A stretch of DNA of 61,033 nt, filler included, from Nemertoderma westbladi (lineage: Eukaryota; Animalia; Xenacoelomorpha), in assembly GCA_032718475.1 (NCBI GenBank). It is 4 parts of 4 records of this genome, joined end to end, with 100 filler letters (N's around TTAATTAATTAA, not from the genome) between each part and the next. Parts side by side here need not be neighbours in the genome. Positions count along the whole stretch, not along the records: positions 35,442 to 56,866 come from JAUCBJ010006370.1; positions 56,967 to 61,033 come from JAUCBJ010004187.1; 2 more parts are not named here. One strand, 5' to 3'. Position 1 is the first letter of the stretch; each line of letters begins with the position of its first letter. The notes beneath the pieces are model-generated. The model was not told where the DNA came from. It saw only the letters and a list, made by a program, of their open reading frames with translations, and ran no database searches. This document shows positions 51,625 through 61,033 of this stretch, piece after piece. The translations under genes and the position numbers were made by a program.

Positions 51625-53998
51625 CCTGTATGGAATCCATCCAAAAAGTGCGCCGGATAGCGCGCCGACGAAATTTTGATGAGCGCCACGCGCCGACGCA
51701 ATCTTAATGTGCGCCGCGCCCCGCGCGCCGACTCAATTTTGATGAGCGCCGCGCGCCGATGCAATTTTGATGTGCGCCGCCGTGTGCCGACAAAATTTCG
51801 TCAAAGAAATTTTGAAGCGCGTCGAGCGTCAAGGAAATTTTGAAGAGCGCTGCTCGTCTCTCTGCCTACCCTTATACAATTTCAAAGGCATCGGCATCAA
51901 CGGCATCATGCACTGACTCAATCCATAATTCTGTAATCTTTCTAAGCAAATGTGTAACACACTGCGCCGCCCGCCGCGCCCAGGTTCCTGGCCAAATATC
52001 AAGAAAGGCTGAAGGAGAATACTGGTATCTTCAGCTGATCGATCAGCTCCAAGCTGCAAAGGGAATAATTTCGTCTGTTCGTGTTGCAAACATTTCATTT
52101 AAATTGAATTGAACAGTTGAATGCATTCAGCATGCAGTACGGTATGGTACCGGTACTAATAGCAAATAGTAGGCTACCGGTACCGGTGCCGCCGGTGCCG
52201 GTAGGCCTAATCAGCTAATAGTAAAAGTAAAGCGAGAAACCTTCTGAGTCTAGAGGCTATACCTCTACAGAAAAGTGTTACCCCTGCTCAGCTGCTTGCT
52301 ACAGTGCAGCAGTGCTATAGACAGATGGGTTTGACTAAATACGCCACCGACAACCACCGACACCTTTCGCATACCACCGACAACCACCGACAACAAAAGA
52401 CACAAACCGACACAAACCGACAGGTAAAATCACAAACCGACAGTATACTGACAACTTCGGCAATGTTAGTAAACTATTTCAGTACATGATTATACAATTT
52501 TTATTTCCAGTCCTAATATTTATAACAAATTATACCCAGTAAAAAATCCCCATGCGTAACGCATTAGTGCCACATACAACATTCGTAAAAGGCTGAAAGG
52601 TGCGTGGAATGTTATTTAAGATTCGTGAAGCCTTCGTCTGTGGTTCGTCAGTCCGAATAATTTAGGTAACGAATGCGTATAGTACTGTAGTATTCGTATC
52701 GCATGTGAGATTTCACTTGTCAGTTGTCAATATATTCGACTCGATTCGTGGCTCATCATTTGTGGCACATGTGATACGAATGCTTGGAAGCATTCGTATA
52801 AAGCAGTATCGCAAAAAATAATTCGTGGTTCATTCGTTCGTGGCACATCATGCATAGCTGATAGCCGCGCCACGCTTAAAATTATTCGTGGTCCATTCTT
52901 GATGTGACGCATGCGATACGCGTGCAAAGCATTCTCAATTAGAGTACATACTGTAATTTGGCCAATCACAATTCGGCAAATAATCGAACATGGTGTTATT
53001 TAGTTAGTAGGCCTATCGTTCAAAGGCGCTTTGAAAGCTTATGTAAACCTGTTCCCTTTACCAACATGCTTTATATAATATCTAGAGGTAATGTACTGTA
53101 GGCTAGGTGAGATAAATAAAATGACAACATAAAACTACTGCTGTACTGCAGTAGGCTAACTTACTGACTTAGGGAACTACAGTATGTATGTAGGCACCGA
53201 CCCCCCCCCCCCCCACCCCCCCCTGCACCCGTAGTTATACATATTTGTAGTATTAGTAGTCATATTTGGACTGGAAATAAAAATTGTATAATCATGTACT
53301 GAACTGCTGAAATAGTTTACTAACATTGCCGAAGTTGTCGGTTTGTGATTTTACCTGTCGGTTTGTGTCGGTTTTGTGTCTTTTGTTGTCGGTGGTTGTC
53401 GGTGGTATGCGAAAGGTGTCGGTGGTTGTCGGTGGCGTATTTAGTCAAACCCTAGACAGATAGCTGATAAGCCTACCGCCAACTACAGTACTAACTGCTA
53501 ACTGCAGACAGCAGTAGCAGAGTAGTGCAGTGCAGTGTGCCTGCAGTGTACTCATATAGCCTTACCGCTACCGGTAACCCATAGCAGCATAGCTTAAGTT
53601 AATCTGTGAATATGAAGAACAGAAGGAATAGCAACAGGGTTGAAGAAACTGAATGAAGGCAAAAAGGCGAGCGAAGCGAGCCGAAATTTTTTAAGCAATA
53701 TATGCAAATTTTGATGCTTCTCAACAAATCGGTGCCAGTCTTGATTTTCGGGGGCGCAGCGTGCCGAACTCGGCGCGTTTGCTGATTTGAGAGCGCGCCG
53801 CGCGCCAATACCGGCGCGCTTCTTGATTTTAGAGCGCGCCATGCGCCATTACCGGCGCGCTTCTTGATTTTAGAGCGCGCCACGCGCCATTACCGGCGCA
53901 CTTCTTGATTTTCGGGCGCGCCGCGCGCCAATTTGGCGCGCTTTTATTCTAAAGTGCGCCGGATTAATCCGGCGCAAAGTGTATGGATTCCAGTCTGG
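51625..53998. mobile_element. Nested hAT-type element with gcgcgcc subterminal repeats
   Basis: Imperfect TIR cc....tggaatccat; 8-bp TSD cttagtgg at 51617-51624 and 53999-54006. Confidence 0.8.
52327..53452. mobile_element. Nested Mutator-like MITE
   Basis: ~200-bp TIRs starting gggtttgactaaatacgccaccgaca; 9-bp TSD tagacagat (52318-52326 and 53453-53461). Confidence 0.9.
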
Positions 53999-54165
53999 CT
54001 TAGTGGTGTATACCGCGGTAGCGGTAGTTGAGTTATAGCTGTATAGTTCATTCATACCCATACAGCCATACCTGTGGTATTTTCGTATGGCAAAAATAAG
54101 ACTATACTGTAAACTGTAACCTATTATGTTATTGAGTTAATGTTTATTGACTAATTGTTTTGATT

Positions 54166-54630
54166 AGGTTCACTGTGTCAAGTACTGAAGTACAATGCAC
54201 ACATCTCTGCATCTCCAACCAGACACTACACTGCTATATAACATTGGAGTTGGAGGTGTCTCATTCAGTCATTGGTTCCCCCAAGCTTGACACTAGAACA
54301 AAGCCGCCTCCGCTTTGCAGGACATCGCTTTAAGCCGTGAGGACCACCCAGTGCAACTCATGGAGTCATGGAGTGAATAAGCATGGTGGACAGCCCATGC
54401 AGCCATGACTTTCTTGAGACGCATCTTTCTTACTGTCTTAAATGACACTGGCCTTGAAGATGCAGATGATCTAGCAAGTGTCATGGGTGATAAGGCTGTA
54501 AGAGTGTAAGGGAGTTGTGGAGGCGCACTTTTGTCAACAAGCCGGCACAGCATTCTTATTTTCTTAATAGGGCCTATATATAATATATATAATGCAGCTG
54601 CAATGCAGCATGCCGATTGTAGTAGTAGTA
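54166..54630 (+). mobile_element. RTE 3' fragment carrying many small insertions
   Basis: Aligns with 15607-15976; (TAG)n tail. Confidence 0.88.
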
Positions 54631-55680
54631 TAGTATGTGGTGAGGTGATAGGGCTCCTTCAATTGGTAAAGTCAAAAGTGGCCGTTTATTGTTTTAGTTA
54701 GAAAAGTCTGCCTCTGTAACCTGTTCCTTTCCTTCAATTGGTTTATGATAATGACGTGTGTTACTTCTTACTTCTGTACTTATTATGTGGAGACCCCAAC
54801 ACGTTAATCAGTTACTAATCCCCTTTCATCATCCAGCCGTTTTAAAATACCCTTGCTGTTGTATGGAAAAATTAGAAGAGATGGTGGTAGCATCAACTTG
54901 TAGTATTTCTTTCTGATAGGGCTCCCATAGGTTTAGACGAAATGGTAGCTTGTACTGTAGTTAGCCTTAGCAGCAGCTGCAGTTGACAAACCTGGCATTG
55001 CTACCAGTTTCCACCAAATATCATTTGTAATTAAATATTTGTTGGAGCATAATCTAATCTAGTCCTAAAGACTCTAAAGTCCTGGGTACATAAGGCTGTA
55101 AGGTTAGACATAACATGAATGTAAATTGTAAACTAAACAATATGCTAAAAGTAAAGTACAAAGTACCTAGAACTGTAGAATGCTAGAATGTACCATTATA
55201 TTCTAAGTAGGCCTACAGTACACTGAAGATACATACAGAGCTGCAAAGGTAACTTTCCATAACTTAATAATAGCTGTCTGGCTGTCTCTCATCTGTCATG
55301 CTTCATGTACCTTTAAGTTTGATTCTCAATTTCACGTCCAAAATTGGACTTAAAGTCCAATATTGGACTTTTGTAAAAATTAAAAGCCTTATAACAGTGT
55401 ATAAAAAAAGTTCCCCCTGGTGAATTTCAGGTCCCCCTGTTCAAAACTCTTATTTTTTGATATATTTTCGATTAAAAAAAAAAAATCCCGCCCGATCCAA
55501 TTACCCATGGCCCTGGAACAATTGGCTGATTTGAAGTCCAATATTGGACTCACAGAAGTCCAATTTTGGACTTGAACTGGAGTCGAAGTCCAATTTTGGA
55601 CTCAAGTCCAATTTTTGACTTCTCACCGACTGCCAGTGGTGTATAAAATATCACGAATATATGACACCCAATTTTTAACG

Positions 55681-55890
55681 GGTTTGACTAAATACGCCAC
55701 CGACACCTTTCGCATAACACCGACAACCACCAACAACAAAAGACACAAACTGCAAACCGACAGGTAAGATCGCAAACCGACAGCTGGACAGTATACCGAC
55801 AACTTCGGTAATGTTAGTAAACTATTTCAGTATTTCAGTAGGCCTATGTAAACATGATAATACAATTTTTATTTCCAGTCCAAATATTTA
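55681..55890. mobile_element. Left TIR of a second copy of the Mutator-like MITE
   Basis: Matches 52327-52530. Confidence 0.8.
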
Positions 55891-56544
55891 TAACAAAGTA
55901 TATTGTCCACTGTCAGCCTGTTGTCGGTGGTGTAATTAGTCTGTTTCTGTTAGTCATGATAATTTCTTTAAAATATAATACCGCCTTCATACTGTCATAT
56001 ATTAGGCCTATCATGGTATCTGTTTTAAATTATTATATTGCATAGCGTAATGGTAAAAATCGTTAGTGTTTTTCATATGTCGGTGTGTTGCTATTATTAT
56101 TACAGTATTACAGTATTCGTTTTTCAGTTTTTGTCGGTGGTAGTGCAGTTAAAGCCTGGGCGGTCTTCTCCCCTTTTATAATTACTTATAATTTAGTGCA
56201 TGCATAATTTATTATGTTTATCACATGAATGTTTATTTTACCATGGTCTGAGTGATGATAATAATAATATAATAATAACTGTTGTCGGTGGTATATTTCT
56301 GCGGTATCCGTTCCTAACTGCCTAAACTCGGACATACAGCTGTACCGTAGAAGGGGGCTACTTTGATACCCTGGGGTTACTTTGATTTCACTGGGGCTTC
56401 TTTGATATTTGACACAAATACTGTACGGAGCAAGAATCTATAGGCAGGATTTAAAACAACTGGCAGCATCAACCAGTCAACCCAGCTGCTAGCCAAAAAA
56501 CAAGAAAAGATAAGAAAGAAGGAAAGCAATAAATGCGGTCCTAC

Positions 56545-56866
56545 TAATTACCCCAACCTACCACAATCTACCCCAACCTACCACAATCTACCGCAATCTA
56601 CCCCAACAATTCGATAGAGGCATCTAATTACCACAATATTATTTTACAATGGCGTCTAATTACCACAATATACAGAACGCAAGTGTCTATTTACCACAAG
56701 ACTACACTGCATCTAATTACCACAATATTATTTTACATTGGCGTCTAATTACCACAATATACAGAACGCAAGTGTCTATTTACCACAAGACTACACTGCA
56801 TCTAATTACCACAATATTATTTTATATTGGCGTCTAATTACCACAATATACAGAACGCAAGTGTCT
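56545..56866. repeat. 10-bp repeats followed by an 89-bp tandem repeat running into the gap
   Basis: catctaattaccacaatatt at 56621, 56710 and 56799. Confidence 0.88.
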
Positions 56867-56966
56867 NNNNNNNNNNNNNNNNNNNNNNNNNNNNNNNNNN
56901 NNNNNNNNNNTTAATTAATTAANNNNNNNNNNNNNNNNNNNNNNNNNNNNNNNNNNNNNNNNNNNN
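56867..56966. other. Assembly gap with TTAATTAATTAA linker
   Basis: 100-nt N/linker block. Confidence 0.98.
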
Positions 56967-58001
56967 GTTATAAGCAATGAATGATTAAACACTCAGTATA
57001 TTGTCCAGACAACAACAAAAAAACTGGTTGCCAAAGAAACGAGAATAAGAGTATGTTGACCTCCATTTGATCAATTAGGGGTGTATCATGGGTAGCACAA
57101 TAATATGGTCCCTTCTCTATATAGCATTCCATGTGCTATATGATAAGTCATATACGGTACTACATTATTCTGTTAGTAGCTTAAGCTGGAATCGAAATCA
57201 AGGTAATTCCACGAATGATCCATAAAGTAGTACCGAGTAGCCATAAAAAAAATCAGACCGGAAATAAAACAATTTTAGGATGAGATTTACTGTGACAACG
57301 AATTGAAATCATATGAAATCATATTTATTTGACTGTTAACGTTTATAGTGAAACTACAAAATGTATGTGCCGAATTACACTGTTATATTGCCACATGATA
57401 TATTAAACATATAAGTAAGTGAACTAATTAATTATCAATAATCTTACTATTATGTCATATATATATATAATTATAAGTCACAATAAGCGATGCAAATTCA
57501 ATCGCATGGTTGCCACTTTATTGGAGATTCAATTTAACCGACTTTTCCCTTTTTTTAAAAATTTCCTGAGTCTGCATAGCATGTTTATTGTGCTATTACA
57601 TAGTGCATGCATGCGAATTTTTCTCCTCCTTGCAAGCAGTGCCTAGATATTAAATGACAATAATTGTATTGTAAGGAAAGGAAATGTACAAGCGAGCGTA
57701 GCGAGCAAAATGTTTTAACACATTTTCAATTTATGACACAACATTATTCTGTTCAACAAATTCCCTGATATTTTCCCTGAATTGTCTTTTTTTAAGTGAA
57801 TTGCCTGACATTTCCCTCAGGGTTTCAGGTTTCCCATACCGTCAGGGTTTCAAGATTCCAGGAGAGTGGCAACTCTGAATCAGAATTTACTTCACTAACT
57901 ACGTAGGCCAATTAAATCGTTTATTAAAAATATTTAATTATCAATTTCGAGGTAATTAATTAATACTATCCTCCCTCATACTGCCACATACGAACTACTA
58001 A

Positions 58002-59285
58002 TCATGGACACTTAATAAAAACATAGACATAGCCGAATATAGTTCCGGCAACCATAGTCTTCCAATACCAGGACCAGCCATTCTTTACCATGACAACGGG
58101 TACAAAAGAACCAATAAATATGGCTGCGTAGGGTGCGGTCTCTATCAGTCGTGGTCGCCATGGCACCGGCTTGCCGCTGTCGACAACCTCGTAGGATTTA
58201 CTGAACGAGCCGATAAGGGTATCCTTTCGGTGGAACCGTTGGTGCAACCAAGTGAGAAGGTTGGGTTTATCGGTGGGAATAGAATCGATGGGAAACCGGT
58301 CCAGTTTGATGTGAACGGAACGACAATCCCCCATAAGATACCCCGGGAAAGAGGGAGAACCTCTGTGCGCCCCGTGGCCATGGTTACTGCGAGTATCGTA
58401 CATAATGGTGACGTCATAAACAGCGTCTATTAGACCCGAGAGTTTCTGTAGGCAGAGATGAACGGCGTTCACCCGGGGACTCAGGACGTTGTGGAGGAGC
58501 GGGAGGTTGTTCGAGATGGAGAATTCCTGGCTCTTTCGGATGGAGGAGAGTTTATTTGGTGAAAATCGGGTCCCTTCCGGGAAGATAACCAGCCACACGG
58601 GAGTTCGGTTGGCTAGGAAACGGGAAGTTACTTTAGTGAGTCGTTTAATGTCCGACTGATCTGTAGCAACAACATCTGATGCATCGATTGTGTCCGTACC
58701 AGGATCCCTGTCGAACCCATCAACCCTGTCGGATCCAGCATCCCTGTTGGACACAGCAGTCGTTTCGGACCCAGTAACCCCGTCGGACCCAGCAACCCTG
58801 TCTGACTCACAGGGTACCGTCCCGCTCACCCCCTTCCGATTTCTCTTCACGTAAATCATCCCGTGGGCGTCGAAATAAAACCCGTACATCGGTAGGTACT
58901 TGAGTTGGTCCTTCAGAACAAAGCGAACGCTTCCGAGAGTTCCCTGTCGCATGGCAACGAATTCCGCGATCAACCAATCAACATCCGTTGTATGATTACA
59001 TAAGAACAGAATGTTCTCCTTCCTATTTAAACATTCCGTGTCACCGTACAATAATATCTCAGTGGACACGAAGTTTAGGTACCAGAAGAGAATGTACTTT
59101 TGGTACATCCCGTAGAGTATATCGTCTCCTCTGCGATAAACTCGTTCCGGTAACGGAAACGTCACGAGTCTCCATGCCAACCACGTGCTGAAGTATTGCG
59201 GTGCAACTCCTAGAGTGGCTATCGCTGGGATAGCGAATCGGATAGGGCGGATAGCAGTGAGGAATAAGTTATATAAATATATCAT
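58002..59285 (-). CDS. AGPAT5: 1-acyl-sn-glycerol-3-phosphate acyltransferase epsilon (LPAAT-epsilon), single coding exon
   Basis: 427 aa; NHTTDVDW (HxxxxD), RQGTLGSVRFVLKDQLKYLPMYGFYF, YVKR, WLVIFPEGTRF, VLSPR, DAVYDVT, WLHQRF..KD. Confidence 0.93.
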   Translation of the reverse strand: MIYLYNLFLTAIRPIRFAIPAIATLGVAPQYFSTWLAWRLVTFPLPERVYRRGDDILYGMYQKYILFWYLNFVSTEILLYGDTECLNRKENILFLCNHTTDVDWLIAEFVAMRQGTLGSVRFVLKDQLKYLPMYGFYFDAHGMIYVKRNRKGVSGTVPCESDRVAGSDGVTGSETTAVSNRDAGSDRVDGFDRDPGTDTIDASDVVATDQSDIKRLTKVTSRFLANRTPVWLVIFPEGTRFSPNKLSSIRKSQEFSISNNLPLLHNVLSPRVNAVHLCLQKLSGLIDAVYDVTIMYDTRSNHGHGAHRGSPSFPGYLMGDCRSVHIKLDRFPIDSIPTDKPNLLTWLHQRFHRKDTLIGSFSKSYEVVDSGKPVPWRPRLIETAPYAAIFIGSFVPVVMVKNGWSWYWKTMVAGTIFGYVYVFIKCP

Positions 59286-59350
59286 ATTCTGCTGAATTGT
59301 CCTACCGTACTGTTTCTGTGTTTAGGTTTACCTTTCAGCCAGTTACTTAT

Positions 59351-59915
59351 AGATAGATAGATTTATTTATACATTATGTAAAAACAATAACAAATACACC
59401 AAACAATGTACCGGTATAAAGGTATTGTCCAACATAACATATAAGATTACCCCTAAAGCTTTGCAGCTTATTTCCAAGGGGGTCCTTTATGTTACTTGGT
59501 TACAAATACAATATTACACTACGCTAACCTAAAACCAATATAAACGTAATTTCACTATGTACATGTACAACTTTACCGAGAGCGTGACAATGTCCGACTC
59601 AACGATAATGATGTAATGTACAGAACAATTTAATATAAAACGTAATTACAGTATAAATAGTAAATAATTAATAAACTAATAACTTACTGTAGGACTATTG
59701 TACCTATTTTTACATTGCACACGGAGGTGAGATTTAACTGCAGATTTAAAAGAATGTTGATTATTTAGGTTTTTAATTTCATTAGGCAGAGCGTTCCAAT
59801 TTTTAATACCGTTAAAAAAGAAAGTATCAGATTCGAAAGATTTACAATTCGGGAGGTAAAAGTTTGAAGCACTAGCTCTGGCACTGTAAGACTTTACTTC
59901 ACCAAATGACTCTTT
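59351..59915 (-). mobile_element. 5'-truncated L2/CR1-group LINE
   Basis: YSARAS..TFFFNGIKNWNALPNEIK..SFKSAVKSHL, 3' stem-loop ggacccccttggaaataagc, aataaa plus (CTAT)n tail. Confidence 0.75.
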
Positions 59916-61033
59916 CGATCCGAATACTATGAACAAAATCATACTGGCGTAATGCAAACGGGACAGACATACCGAATCGGTAGCATATACTGGTAACTTT
60001 ACTTTGTTCAGTGAGGCAAAGGAAATCCATGGCAACTCCCCGCCGCCTTTACAGGTTACAGCTTTATGCTATAACTAAATCCCTTGTAAAGTATTTTGTA
60101 ATAACTATTTACATACCGGTACTTGTGTGTAAAGTAGCACTTTACAGTGTGATAATCCGAGTGGCTTTGTTACACTAACGAACGTTACCGGTAGCGAGTG
60201 AGTGAAAATAAAGCCAGGAGGATCAGAACACTGTAAAGTACTTTGCAACAAGTACAGTCTGACAGTGCAACCAGCCAACCTGGCTATAGAATGTTGTTGG
60301 TTGCTACAGTATATGGCACTAACATAGTATATATAGTATACAGGTATAGACTGATAAGAAGCAGCAATGAGAATGCTAAGGGAATAAACAATCGCACAGA
60401 TACTGAAAACCGTCGTGTCAGTCTGTCCTTCTTTGTGCTGTTGTGAGTTTATTAACATATAATATACCTTTACTTTCGCTGTTTCGGGGCCATTATATAG
60501 TTAACCATATGCAGCCAAGTGCCTACAAGTCCAACCTAGTGTCAGTTATTGAAACCACGTGTCTGCGAGTGCAACCGGATGACCGGATGCCAGTAATTAA
60601 TCAAGTCCAACCGGGCGGCCAAAGTGTCAGTTAGTACAATAAAACAAGTGCTGTCGCTGTGGCATGTCAGCATGTGGCGCATCCCGGGGCTGAAGGACAT
60701 CATCTGTCACTCACCCTGGACCTACAACTGCCTGCCTGTACAATGTTTATTTGCCATTAGGTAGCGGCAGCCGCACTCTTTAAATCATATCGCTTTTAAG
60801 TACAGAAGTAGGCCTACCTGACTTCAGTCTGCATGAGTGCTGTGCACTTCTTACTGCAGTACTGCAGTACTGCTACTGGTCCCCAATGCCTAATCATTAA
60901 AATCACATACGCGTATGCGTATGTGCGTGCATACGGATACGGATACGGCGAAAAGTTATACCAAAGTACAGCATGTATGTAGTATGTATATGTATTCCAA
61001 AATTGTAACATTACGAAATGTTTGAATATATAT

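Larger units (their letters stand above)
51249..55632. mobile_element. hAT-type non-autonomous element hosting nested insertions
   Basis: TIR cagtcggtgagaagtcaaaaattggactt; subterminal agtccaattttggact palindromes; ccagtggt at 51235-51242 and 55633-55640 (6 extra bases on the left). Confidence 0.85.

Noticed and set aside
57505-57877. hAT-like MITE (catggttgccact / agtggcaactctg)
   Set aside because: TIR is short and degenerate and there is no matching 8-bp TSD

Overview
AT-rich eukaryotic (most likely invertebrate animal) genomic scaffold, about 61 kb, with three 100-nt gaps that each carry a TTAATTAATTAA linker. Host genes: TEX2 (45956-48802, minus) and AGPAT5 (58002-59285, minus), both with uninterrupted coding sequences, plus one WD40-repeat exon (33585-34456). 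The rest is mostly transposable elements. There are two diverged HERO-like (RLE) non-LTR retrotransposons whose polyprotein starts with a Cys-rich CXC-like domain and a long G-x-x-Q-S heptad array; one is interrupted by an RTE with a 22-bp TSD. Also present are three more RTE fragments, CR1/L2 fragments, an IS3EU-like integrase fragment, a TG..CA LTR-like repeat with a covarying hairpin, an orphan coiled-coil ORF of more than 660 aa, a three-level nest of hAT/hAT/Mutator-like MITEs with visible TSDs, foldback MITEs and several minisatellites. No rRNA, tRNA or CRISPR was seen. I cannot point to a clearly new multi-gene system. The best leads are the HERO heptad domain, the dense 8-bp footprint signature, the intronless housekeeping genes and the structured LTR-like repeat. 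All family calls come from motif recognition by eye, not database searches.
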